Positions 1 through 36,278 of a DNA stretch of 64,000 nucleotides are shown here, one piece after another. The notes beneath the pieces were generated by a model that saw only the letters and a list, made by a program, of their open reading frames with translations, did no database searches and was not told where the DNA came from. Origin of the DNA: Tubiluchus corallicola (taxonomy: Eukaryota; Animalia; Priapulida); contig JAQGDQ010000014.1 of NCBI GenBank assembly GCA_030141605.1, forward strand, positions 620,001 to 684,000. The letters run 5' to 3'. Numbering within the stretch: the first letter of the stretch is position 1; every line of letters begins with the position of its first letter. Made by a program: the position numbers and the translations under genes.

Positions 1-1717
1 TTTTTCACAGGTATAAATCACGACAGAATTCTTAGCTGAAACCAGCACAAAAGCGAAAATCGTGCGCAATTTTGGGTTTGAAACTTGGAGTGAGAAGTCC
101 AAAGGCCTTTCTGGCGTCCACAGTTTTCCTGACAGGTGACAGGTCTCAGATGACAGGTTTTTCTGGCTCTGGCTCTGGTGATGACAACCATTACATAAAC
201 ATAGTATAAGCTAACCCACTTACTGACGGTATAAGTCATATATACGACCAGTATAAGATCACATAAGTCAACCATTACGGGAATGTTCTATTGTCATTTT
301 GCATTAACAGGGGATTAATAATGGTTGTAGCAAATGTTTATGGTCCCAGTCTGTTAAAAGTTTCCCGAAAACAGAAAGTTCTGATAAAAAATAACGCAAA
401 AACAGACAAATCCAGTCTCTAAATACTTGCAAAAAGAAATTGAAATATTACTTATTTTCGAATCACTAATGACAAACAATATTTTACGAAGTATTCTACT
501 ACGAGTCTACAAAATTAGAGCATTCCGACGAGACTGAATCGCAAAATAGCTTGACAGCACAAAACTACCGCACGGTTTAGTTCACCATTGTATGCCGCCA
601 TGGAGGATAGTTTTACCTACTAACCCATCCTACCTGTTCTTCCCTTCAACTTCCCTCTAACCTTTCTAGCGTTTTCTAGCCTTTTGCGTGTCTAACCCTT
701 TTCCATGTCTCTGTCTCCAATTCTGGTAGCAAAACAGACAAAGTATTACTTACTTTGTGTGCTATTGGGTAGAATTTGAAAGTTTTGGGCTAAATTTTGT
801 AATGATATTTATTGTTGTGGAAAATAAATATTTCAGTATTTCAGCATTAACCAGTAAAACTGGTTACTTGGTTTCGTCTGGACTGTGGCTTTTGCAGCAT
901 TCAGCGACTTACCAGCCATTTGGCTTTTGTAAAATTGTAATTTAATGTCAAATTAATGGAGAGACATAACAATTGTGGTAACCGAAGGCATGCAGAAAAT
1001 GGTAGCCAAAAACTGTGACATTTTTCAATCAATGCTACATTGATTTAACAGAATATATTTTCCTAAAACTGATTTAAAATTGAAAAGAACTAGTATTAAT
1101 TTCAATATGTAGCTGTCCACACTACTTTCTAATGCATTAAAAGCTGGGAAACACTATAAATGATTATCATCTGCTTCTCAAAGCCTCCAGAGCTTCTCGT
1201 CAGTTATTGTTATTGTCTTACAATCCAGTGAAATGTCCATCCGGGTAATGTATTAAGCTTACTAATTCTTAGCAACGAATAATCCGTGCCTGAGGAAATA
1301 ACTAGTAATTCCGCAATTTGACAAGTTTGAACTTACCAAAATTCTTTGCTGACATTGTCAGGTTTTACTTATGCAATTCTGTCTTATCCACTCTCCAGAT
1401 TTCTGTTATTAATGGCAAATTAATTTGTTACAAGCCAAGCTCTACTGGATTCCGGCTAAAAGGCTACAAAATGCTAGTGACGAAGAGCAAGATAGGGCTA
1501 AGAATTTTACTTAGGGCTGCAATAAAGCAATATTGGGCCAGCACCAACTGTTGTACACTTCAGTAACGACCTACTTTTTTACTATAATTTCTTTCCAGTA
1601 GGTGATACATTTTGTATGTTTTGTACGAAGTTTTAGTGTTACATTTTCTTAATTGTGTATGATGTTTTACTGTACAGCGCCATTGAAAGCACTTTGCTTG
1701 AAAGTGCATTTCATAAA

Positions 1718-1718
<1 letters not shown>

Positions 1719-1795
<77 letters not shown>
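1719..1795. repeat. (TAT)n microsatellite
   Basis: Direct inspection. Confidence 0.95.
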
Positions 1796-2104
1796 TTATA
1801 AAGCAATCATTCTGAAGTCTAACCAGAGTTGGGTAATGTCAGTGATAATGCACAGTGGCATCTGGGAACGTCCAAAGAATTACACAGCCCAAGAGTTTTG
1901 ATAAACTGTTTTCCTTGCTGGCAGCAAAACTTGTCTGTGTCGGAAAAGGGTTACACTCACGAACAGTGAATCGTCGAGAAGTAATGGCGCATTTAAAACA
2001 GCTCAATTTGAATCTTTTCCTTTGGCCATAAATTAGATCCTGATTGGTAGTAAGTGCGAATTTTGCCAAAAAAGTGTCAGTATTGGGCTCACAAAGTGAC
2101 TTAC

Positions 2105-25650
<23,546 letters not shown>

Positions 25651-27017
25651 TCTCTTTTTTGACTCATCTTTGGTCCCGGAACTAATTTAATCATCTGACA
25701 CTTGTTTAGACTTGAATGTCCAACTGTCCAAATTAAGTCACAAAATTAACTTTGTTTGTTCCTAAAAGATTAATAGCAATCGAACGTAATTATTATGTAT
25801 ATTACGCTGAAGACTAGCTATATAAATAGAGTTGCTCAAGTTCTACGTTTTTTGCAATACATTTAGCAGCTAGAATTGCTGAGCTTCGCATTTTGCATTT
25901 TGTGTGTTTTGAAAAGGTTAATAGCACGACACAGATTAGCCAAACAATAAATAAAAACCAACAAGAAACTGTTGTAAAATTTATAATAATTTTCTTGCTT
26001 TGTAGCGATTCGATGTTTGTGGGCGCACACATGCATGGCGCATATAAAAACGATGCTTCGCGTCCACAATTCAACATAGATTGGCTTAGCGAAAAACATG
26101 AAAAAGCGCTTACAAAAGTTAATTAGTTTAATAGTGTGTGTTTTTAAACGATTTTAGTTAATCGAGAAAAGTTGGAAAGTACAGCGTAGGAAGCAGGAAG
26201 GTTTATAGTGAATTATATTTTAGTTTAGTTGCAGTAGGTTTGGTATAGGTTTGCGCAACTTTGGACTTCTCATAATAAGCATAACCTTTTCTTCTTCAAT
26301 TTTTTCTGACTTCTAAGTCATATTGACAACTTATTTGCTATTTCGTTGCATCTAAATTGTGAATAGCGAATATCACATTTCTGTCGTGTAGTATAAAGTC
26401 ATTTATTTGTTACAGATAAAAGAAATACGTACATTCGCGTCATTGGATTTTTACTCCAAAAGAAGGAATTGCAGCAAAAAATGTGCAGAATAGCTCACAA
26501 ACGAAAGACGTAATCTGACAAGTACTAGATAAAACAGATATCTTTATAGCTTAATATGATGTATATGTGAAAAACTGTTGCGATATAGATTAGAAAGTAC
26601 AGAATTAAGTTTGACTTTCTGAGAAAATTATTCTGTACAATTATAAGTTGTTTTCAATATTATAAAAATTTGAAAACTGCCTAAAATTGTTGTAATGATA
26701 ATATTGTAAAATTAGAGCCTAAAAATATTTACGGGTCTAGAAAGAGTGGATCAGATCCGTTTTTGGGTTTAAACATAATAAAAGATGGCATGTAAATAAT
26801 TTTGCAGTTTTCTGTTATCTTTAAACTGCTTGTGACTCGATTGTGATGCTATAAATTTATGGAAAGTTTTTAATCACTTTTCATTGGTTTTCATAATTAA
26901 CCCGCGACTCCCAAACTCAATTGCAAAATATCAGCGAAAGACAATCGCACAAAAATAGGAAGAGTTTCTTGACTGTATTCAGTTTTCTTTACAATCGTTG
27001 ATGTTAAAGCTGCAATC

Positions 27018-27148
27018 ATTGTTGTCCTTATTACTGTTGTGTTGTTGTTGTTGTCGACGGTGTCATTGTCGCTGTCGTTGTCATCGTTGTTGCCAGTGCC
27101 GTTGTCGCTGTCGTTGTCGTCGTCGTCATCGTTGCTGCTGCCGCCGTG
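27018..27148. repeat. Degenerate compound trinucleotide repeat (GTT/GTC/GCT)
   Basis: Direct inspection; accounts for the Cys/Arg-rich and Asp/Asn-rich ORFs here. Confidence 0.85.
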
Positions 27149-28070
27149 CATTCTGTTTTTTCTGCTTCGCGATAAAATGCATCTTTGCTTTCTTATCAAC
27201 AAACTATTTGGATAGATGGCCATTTCAAAATAGTCTGAACTTAACTTCTAAAACAGAATATTTCAATACTCTGCGCACGAGAGCCAGGCATTCATACGAA
27301 CACTGGAAAAGAGCACTTCCAACGGATCCAAAAATACGTGAAATACTTACCACCCTGTATCGCAGTCATCTGCACAGCATTTTAATCAGCTCACAAACAC
27401 TAACCACTGCTCGAAGCTCCTCAATGGAGTTTGCGTCAATTGATTTGGCGGCAGTATTCTGCTGCCCAAGATGGTTCGTGAGACGCTTGCGCAATCGAGG
27501 ATGCTTTTGGCACATCTAAGCAGTTTGAAAGGCAAATAGGGCATTTTTTCTTGGTATAAGTACAAAATATTTATTCTGATCAAATCATTAATTTTTAGCA
27601 TAACAGATTTTTGTATACCATGTATTGTAGTTTTTTGTAAATAGCAATATCGTTATACAATATGCATATATTTTTAGTTTTATTGTCAATAAATTTAAGT
27701 GCACTACTATTGTTTTTAATACAATTCTTAATGTAAATGTGTTTTCAATTTCATTGCATACAACGTTTGGCACTAAAGGACGTATAATAGTAATAATAAA
27801 TTCGTATTTTTGAGCTATTTACCATGAAACAACCGAAAATTTCAAATAACTGGAGAAGAAAAATGTATTGACGGTATCACAAGGCAGCGCTACAAATTGC
27901 ACGATGAGTATTGCTACAAAAATTCTCATCTGAAGTTTCAATTTAGTCTGTAACAAGTGTTCTGATAAGTATTCTGGCGATAGATATACGTAAATGAATT
28001 AATATTGACACCTACAAACTGACAAAGGGCATTTTGTACGATACTTCTCTGAAAAAAATCGTTACTGATT

Positions 28071-28232
28071 TTGGCTAAAGTTTACAATTCCCCACACACA
28101 AGAACTTTGTTCGTGAAACGGATTAGAGTTAGAATTAGGGTTAGTGTTTGAGATACGGTTAAGGTTAGGGTGAGTCGGGTTCGGATTAGGATTAGACATA
28201 GGGTATTTAAATTGTGTAGAATTGTAAACTCG
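28071..28232 (-). mobile_element. Short inverted-repeat element with TTAGGG-like core (family B, copy 1)
   Basis: agtttacaattccccacacac ... ttagggttag ... ttgtgtagaattgtaaact; reverse complement of 32871-32985 and 57544-57666. Confidence 0.7.
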
Positions 28233-28562
28233 GTCCCTGATTTTTACTAAGACGCAAATGTTGAAAATAAACGTCTCTTTTGTTAAAATTCTTTAGGTGC
28301 CGAAGATTCTGTAATTCGTGTAGATACCAAACGAGGCCTATAGGCAACCACAAAAAAGGTAATTTTATTTAGTTAAAACAAAATATAATAGAGGAGTCTA
28401 GTAAAACCCTACATTTTTAAACCAAGCTTTCGTATTTAAAAATGTTTCTCCAGGAGTCAGAAATAGAAATTAGAACTATCCTGAGTGGACAAGAGCATCC
28501 TGAAGACAGAGTGCACGCTAGGTGGCAAAAAACTTTTGTCGGGGGGATCTTGAGTTCTTTTA

Positions 28563-28718
28563 GTCAGGTAATAATGTTACAAGGAAAAGTTTACCGAAAA
28601 AGTTATAATTTTGGCTAGGAAAAATGTCAGGGTTACGGTTAGAGTTAAGGTTAAGGTTAAGGTTAATGTTAGGGCTGGGATTATTTCTGTTTTTCCTGTG
28701 ACTTTATTACTTGGATTC
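28563..28718 (-). mobile_element. Family A short element, copy 2 (inverted)
   Basis: caggtaataatgttacaagg...gggttacggttagagttaaggttaagg...cctgtgactttattacttggat. Confidence 0.65.
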
Positions 28719-28983
28719 CTCCAATCATACCCCTCAAGATCAAAGATGTGCAAGACTTATCAGGCTTGTACCCCTAAATTTTGAAGGCATGATTGATTGG
28801 TTATTGTTTGAACAATGCTTTGATGTAATAAATTGCTCTGTGCTGTTATTGGTTGATCGTGTGCCCTCCACCAAAAGGTTACGTAACACTCTGTGGATAA
28901 AAAAGATAAACAGAGGAGCATACCACATAGATACCCCGTAGTATGATTTATTTAACTATGCCTTGGCAATCAATTCAGTTTAT

Positions 28984-29204
28984 CCCAGTTAGCACCTGAT
29001 TAGAATTTGTGAAGCTGTAATTTCAAGCAGTAATTTTAGATTTCATCTTAAATTATTGTTTATTACAGGTGCAGGTGAATATAGGTGCAGCTACAACTAG
29101 TAGTTACCTTTTGAACAATCATACTGCCTGAATACACTTGATATGTTAGTACTGGTTAGTTCACTCTATTCCAGTAATTACACAATAATTAGGTGCTAAC
29201 TGGA
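28984..29204. mobile_element. Probable MITE (~220 bp)
   Basis: Inverted termini ccagttagcacctgatta / taattaggtgctaactgg. Confidence 0.5.
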
Positions 29205-29569
29205 ACGAATCGATGTGAAGTGCGATTGCTAAATAATGAAGGGAAGTGATTTCAACAAAAATAAAGAGAAAGTTATTTAAAGTGACATAATAAAGTAACG
29301 CTTTTCACTGGAGTAAATAAATCATTCTACGTGGTCCTTCGAAACGTTGACATTCAAACGAATGACATCCAGAACACCGAACTCTCTTCGCATTAGTTTT
29401 ACTAACAGTTACTTCGTATTTATTTGATGACGGGTATCTTCATTTCTGAAATTGGCTCAAAGGGGTTTGCAAGGAAAACAACATCAAACGAAAGAAGACA
29501 TTACTACCAACTAGTTCAAGGAATAAGTGAACAGAAGCGCCAAAGGACTTTTTAAATTATGTTCAAATG

Positions 29570-30100
29570 ACACCAACTAATTTCTGAATTTTTTGGTGCA
29601 TGCTTGTCAATAAGGGCTTTCATAGTGGAGTGACGGTTGTCAACTACCGACTACTGAATTGTCTATAAATGTTTTAGCAGGTTTGATGACTTCAAATCTT
29701 TAAGAAAAGCTTTATGATTAATGAAGTTAATTTCATTATATTCAGCTAACTCAGAAATTAACGATAGTTTCCCAACGTCAATGTGGAATAATGTGGACTT
29801 GTGATCAGAAATAAAAATGTCTACTTGAGCTTGCCCGCATAGCATTATTTCTTCTGAATCAGTAATGACAGGTGACCATGAGTATGTGTGGCTTATACTC
29901 ATTGAATTTTAGCTTTATGAGTTCAATGAATTTTTAAGTTTCATGATCGTCTGGTGCGTCCAAACAAAAATTTATATTGTAGCTATGAACAGCCTATCAG
30001 CGAATAATAACAGTCTCACCTATAGTCTCCATAAGATCAAGGAGTTTTTTGCAAAATATGTCCACCACACTATAGGGCAATCAGTAAAGAAAGCGAACAG
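29570..30100 (-). mobile_element. Degraded CR1/L2 LINE endonuclease-region fragment
   Basis: Minus strand HT...VIT...DIFISDH...AFLKDL...KALIDKHAPK, characteristic of the end of the APE domain and the linker of ORF2. Confidence 0.75.
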
Positions 30101-30853
30101 CTTTAGTACCTGCTCCTAATAAGATTTTGCTGTTACGCCTATTGCAGACAGAGATATGAGAAAAATTATTTTTTATGCATTGGTCGTGGACAACAAGGAA
30201 TCCGCCATGAGCTGCACACTACTGCCATCTGTCGCAAAACAAGTTAAAAATAACACACATCACTATAATGCGAAACAAAAAAGTACTTTTAATAAATTCT
30301 GCTTATTCGCAAGAATCTTAAAATTCCCATGTTATGCATACAGTTGACGATTTGTACTGCTATACTATTGCATACAACGCAGTTTTGATCAACAAGAAAA
30401 TTTAGTCAACAAGTGCAAATTTGTTGATATCACAGAGCACGCTGCATCGAGCTGAACTGTTCTGAACCCACTTGCACTACAAAATTATTACTGGAAGAAA
30501 GATCTCTTTAAGCTGTTGTGTACAAAGTTGATTATTACAGCGATAGTAAACTATAACAAAACAATCAAATATAGTTACAATCATGTTCTAGCAAAATTTT
30601 AAGACAGCCAAAATATAAATCACACTGGTCAAGAATATAAAATTTATTATGATTGTGCATGCTGCCCCAGCCTTTAGCCAGGCGTGACAGAGAATTGCAA
30701 CAAGTCGTTTTGATTGTTAAAACCACTATTAGCACGATTTTTTAAGTGCCAAAGTTGAAAGTTTTGATGCAGTGTCAAAAATTTTAACGGAAGTCTGGTT
30801 AATGTAATGGTTTGACTGAATATTCTCTCAACAAAGGTTTTAAGAAATACTTG

Positions 30854-31868
30854 TATGCCATTAAGAGACTGGATGCCACTCACCAAGGTCTCACTGATCA
30901 TGCCATCAACATTAAGGACGTCGCTCATACAGGTCACACTGATCATGCCATCAACAGCAAGGACGTAACTCATACAGGTCTCACTGATCACGCCATCAAC
31001 AGACAGGACGTCACTCATACAGGTCTCACTGATCACGCCATCAACAACAAGGACGTCATTCATACAGGTCACACTGATCATGCCATCGACAGCAAAGACG
31101 TCACTCGTACAGGTCTCACTGATCACGCAATCAACAACAAGGACGTCAGTCATACAGGTCTCACCGATCACGCCATCAACATTAAGGACGTCGCTCATAC
31201 AGGTCACACTGATCATGCCATCAACAGCAAGGACGTAACTCATACAGGTCTCACTGATCACGCCATCAACAGACAGGACGTCACTCATACAGGTCTCACT
31301 GATCACGCCATCAACAACAAGGACGTCATTCATACAGGTCACACTGATCATGCCATCGACAGCAAAGACGTCACTCGTACAGGTCTCACTGATCACGCCA
31401 TCAACAACAAGGACGTCAGTCATACAGGTCTTACTGATCACGCCATCAACAGACAGGACGTAACTCATACAGGTCTCACTGATCACGCCATCAACAGACA
31501 GGACGTCACACATACAGGTCTCACTGATCACGCCATCAACATTAAGGACGTCGCTCATACAGGTTACACTGATCATGCCATCAACAACAAGGACGTCAGT
31601 CATACAGGTCACACTGATCATGCCATCAACAGCAAAGACGTCACTCGTACAGGTCTCACTGATCACGCCATCAACAGACAGGATGTCACACATACAGGTC
31701 TCACTGATCACGCCATCAACAGCAAAGACGTCACTCGTACAGGTCTCACTGATCACGCCATCAACAGATAAGACGTCACTCATACAGGTCTCACTGACCA
31801 CGCCATCAGCATTAAGGACGTCGCTCATACAGTTTACACTGATCATGCCATCAACAATAAGGACGTCG
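30854..31868. repeat. 45-bp minisatellite, ~22 copies, open reading frames on both strands
   Basis: Consensus acaggtctcactgatcacgccatcaacaacaaggacgtcactcat; plus frame gives TGLTDHAINxxDVTH repeats, minus frame gives DVLxVDGVISETCMS repeats. Confidence 0.95.
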
Positions 31869-32870
31869 CGAGACCCCGACGGCGGAACAGTGTAATTAAC
31901 CATCTAATCACGATAAAAACGTAAAAAACTCGTAACAAATTTTTGAATTTTATTTACACCACCGACGAGTACTGTCATTACAAGAGATGGATTCATTGCC
32001 ATTTTATAGATTCACTGCAGCTTTAAATAGGCCTTCCAAAAGAAATAGATAAGAAATAGATAAAAATTTGTTGGTAACTATACAAGAGTTTAGATTGCAT
32101 CATGGACACGTAATTACTAGTACAGATTACTACTCAAAATAAATAAGATAAGTAGCGGACAATTTACTTGGAGCCGTGTCGAGTGTTGACCATTTGTCTT
32201 AAACGTATCGAATTAATCTTGAAAATACTACCACGAAATATCTGCGCATAGTGTCATGACCTTGGTTCGAAAATCTAACATAATTCTCCCAATTCTTTAG
32301 CATGAAGTCCTGAAGTTTTGATTAGTTGACAACGAATTTTGTGACACCATAGATCTAGATCATACACTGTGGAACAGTAAGCATCTATAAGCATCTTACA
32401 GGTACTAGCTATTGTCAACTTCGTACGAATCATACGCTATTTTAAGACGTGGAACAACAGTCTCTTTGTAAATAACAATGGTCGAACGTGATAGCTGCGA
32501 ATGCTTATTTACTGAATTTATAATGTATAGTTAGTGTAACTTTTATTGTAGTATTTTATTTTTGTGTGAGTAATGTTTTTATGTTTTTTTTTGCATGGCT
32601 TTTATGTTGAAATAAACTAATCTAAGTTAATCTAATCTAACACACTCCATGTGACATTGACAACCCCTAGAGTAATGTCGTGCCAGATTCTGTCGACGGT
32701 ATTACTTCAGCAACTTTTAATAATTCATTTGAAAACATCTTTTAAAAAGCATTAATGTAAAATATGTCAAACTTTACAGAATCTAGAATTATTAAATAAG
32801 TAAATCGCACAGTTAAATTTTTATTTTGTGTCTTGAAACTATCGTGATGTCATAAAATTAAATGCCTGAA

Positions 32871-32985
32871 AGGAGTTCAAAATTCCCCACACAATTTAAA
32901 TACCCTAACCCTTACCCAAACTCTAACCCTAATCCGCTTCACGAACTAATTTCTCGTGTGTGGAGCATTGTAAACTTTAGCCAAA
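32871..32985 (+). mobile_element. Family B short element, copy 2
   Basis: aggagttcaaaattccccacacaatttaaataccctaacc...ctaaccctaatccgcttcacgaac...gtgtgtggagcattgtaaactttagccaaa. Confidence 0.7.
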
Positions 32986-35624
32986 TGCCTTTGCTGTTTA
33001 AAAATAAAACTTCCATTTTCTTGACCATGACCTCAGTCATTTTACGTACTCAATTCATTATTAATAGGAAAGTTCAAATTTGAAAATTCATGTTCTACTA
33101 TTAACAAAAAACGTAAAAAACGAGCAAACGAGGACGTATTTTTGGGTGATAACACTTTTTAGTAGTGCAAGAGAAACTCTCCTAAGTGTGTCTCCTACTT
33201 TAATATACGGAGAAAATTAGTAAATTGTACATTACTAATTCTCAAACGTCAAACGTATACCTATGTTGTCTATCTTTCAAGTCATGTTGCTGCAACAAAA
33301 GCGCAACGCAACCGTTCTCAAAGATAGCTATTTACATTAGGCAAATATTATTATTAATTGTTATCCCAGATATGTCGGCCGCTGCGTAAAGAACAAAAAA
33401 TCTTTTGTTCTGAGCATAATAAGTGATGATGTTAGTAAATTGGTGCGTAAATAACAAATATACCTCGTTCAAGGCTGGATCAAAAAACTTAAAAACAAAT
33501 AGGACTTTCTTTGATTCGTGCGACACTCATTGGCGTTGGCTTTAATTTCACAGTTAGTTGGTATAATTAGTTTGTCACTGTTAATAATTATTTTTGCCCC
33601 GTATAATGTGACCTTTCGCGTAAGCTAATTTAACTTCAGGCACAGACCATGAATCTCGCCGTAATAGAAGAAAATTCGTTTGTTTGTCGATAAGTGACTA
33701 TAATTAACTTCGGCAAGCTGTATTTTAGCGTGATCTTACTGCGCGTATATCCTAGCGAGTTTTCTCGCCAAATTAACTTGTCAGACTAGAGAGCAAAACT
33801 TGCTGCGAGTTACTCTCCAACAGTGAGCGCAAGCTAATACTTCCTCTCTATTCACTGCGATGTGCATCGAGAGTAACCAATGTCAGCGAGTCACTAATGT
33901 TTCAATTTCTTACAGCCGTCATATTACGTGTTAATTCACATATTACACTAAAGCTTAATTAGTTAATTGCATAATAAAAATTTTGTAAATTTTCTAAGTT
34001 TGAGGATAGTAATAATATTTATTATCATAACTGCTATAAATGTGTACATCATTAGATCATGAAATAACCACTCTAATAAATGATACTACGACCAGTAATT
34101 TAAGTGATGTATTGTACGAGTCTGGAAATGAAAGGTTAAACCAATTTTTATCTTACAAAATGATAGTAGGAGCAGGGTTCTTCCACTAGGCAAACTGCGC
34201 AGTTGCCATGGCGCCAAATTCTGGAAGTAATTATGTAATTTAAAGTTTAGCATAAGTAATAACATAGTGACTGACGCGATACCAAATTCTAATCCACAGT
34301 TTATACTGCAGTAGACAAAATAACGACTTCTTGCGCTTACAAAAGATTCTTTCATTAGTATTCATTTTTTAGGGAAAAACTTATAAGAATCGAAGCCTTT
34401 CAGGTAAGAAGTTGGTCTTTGAGGATGGGGCGCTAAAATACTTTTCCCTAGGGCGTCAGTCTACTTAGAGCCGGCCCTAAGTAGGACATTTGTAATTAGA
34501 AAGTTGTATTAATTATGTCGACACGAAAAGTTGAAATTAATGCAACAAAACTAAGTTGTCAACTACAGACAACTGACCATAACTGGATTGTTGGCTGAGT
34601 TCATGTTAAAGGCTCATTTTTGTCGTGTTAAAGTACAATCTGTAATTGCTATTAAACTCACGACTGGTCCAACAACTACAATACCAAACAATAATAATTT
34701 TTCAATCTGTAAACTAGAGCACAACCAATCATTAAGTTTGAATGAAAGCAATGATTGCGATTGAAAAATTTATCATTCATTTTATTGCAGTATAATTATC
34801 CGCAATAACTGCAAAATTTACGCGTCAATTACGATGTATAGATCCTATAGAGGTACAGCATTGAGAAAAAAATTGCAAAAATGCCTTAAGAATAATCAAG
34901 AATACAACAAGATCATAAACCTAGAAACCTTTTCAAAAAAGCATAATTTTTTTCATTATTTTACATCACTTATGCACGAAGAAAAACGCAAACCGAGGCA
35001 AATAGTCCACTGCCATAATATAACTTGCATGTTAGCAAGATATTTCAAGACCTGTTGCAGCTCCACCCCTTTTTGATAGAAATTTTCATTTTTATGAAGG
35101 AAATTTTTATTGCAGGTGCAGTTTCGTTCTTTGCAGGATATTAAGTTTGCTGAACCAGCACTACCTTGTAATATTACAATGGAAATTAATTATACAGCTT
35201 GAAAAGCAGAGAAACAACACTTCAGCGTTAAGTTGCGCATGCGTAGAACTGTATAATCCCAAATTTGAGAGGAACAAGGTCTATGTTCCAGTATGTAACA
35301 AGTGTACCGTAACACCAGCCATGGTCCCTATATATTATAGACAAATGATCCTGAACGGTATTTGCTAGTTGGTTTATTGAGGAAGTTGCTGATTTTGCTA
35401 GCAGGGTAGGTAATTTTTGTCACAAGTTCAGCACACTATTAAAACGGTTGATTTGCCAGTGAAAGTGACAGGCAAAGAAGTGGAACATAAAGTGACTTTC
35501 TGTGAGCTGCTGCAGGAAGAAATTCCACAATCGAAAACTGACTTTCCTAAAGTGAAACAAGTTTATGTGAAGTGTTTAATATGATATTTAGAATCTATAG
35601 CAGTGAATTTACTGGAGCTTTTAT

Positions 35625-35802
35625 TTAATTACTTATTTATTTATTTATTTATTTATTTATTATTTTATTTATTTATTTATTTATTTACTTATTTATTTAT
35701 ATGGTTAGTTAGTTAATCAATTAGACAATTAGTCAGTCAATTTATTTGTTTGTTTAGTTATTTATTGTTTATTTCTTTGTCTGTCTAACTGTCTGCCTAC
35801 CC

Positions 35803-35883
<81 letters not shown>
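35625..35883. repeat. (ATTT)n and (TCTG)n microsatellites
   Basis: Direct inspection. Confidence 0.9.
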
Positions 35884-35886
<3 letters not shown>

Positions 35887-36278
35887 TGCTTGTTTTTAAA
35901 ATATTAGTCTAAGCAGTCTAGTAAAGTTGAATTAAATAAAGTTTAAACTAAACTTAAGTTGAATTTGTTAGTCAAAAATCTGTGGTTCTTTTTTCGGCCA
36001 TCATTAAATTCAACATTTTGAAAAATTGGGTAATATATGATTTTTAAGTGATGTATTGGAAGCTTTTTTCAGATCCCCGTCATCAGCGTACTGTATTCCT
36101 GACTTGCTTTTGCTGTGCCTGACTACCTTATTACATTAGAAAGCAAAAGTTAATAGCTTTGCTGTGTCAACAATAATTAAGCAATCACTACTTTGTAAGA
36201 CTGCTAGGAAAAACATTATTTTGAAGAATTATTGTCATTTATTGACAGAAAAACTATTTTTCAGGTTACTGGATCAGA

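Noticed and set aside
26897-27519. Cys/Arg-rich 173-aa ORF (+) and Asp/Asn-rich 108-aa ORF (-) resembling metallothionein or acidic matrix protein
   Set aside because: The composition comes from a degenerate trinucleotide repeat; there is no signal peptide or supporting exons
30690-30810. Possible decayed FYVE/zinc-finger or LINE coding sequence upstream of the minisatellite (NCNKSF..., IVHAAPAF...)
   Set aside because: Multiple stops in all plus frames; similarity too weak to call
30854-31868. CRISPR-like array
   Set aside because: Units are contiguous tandem copies without unique spacers; eukaryotic context and no cas genes
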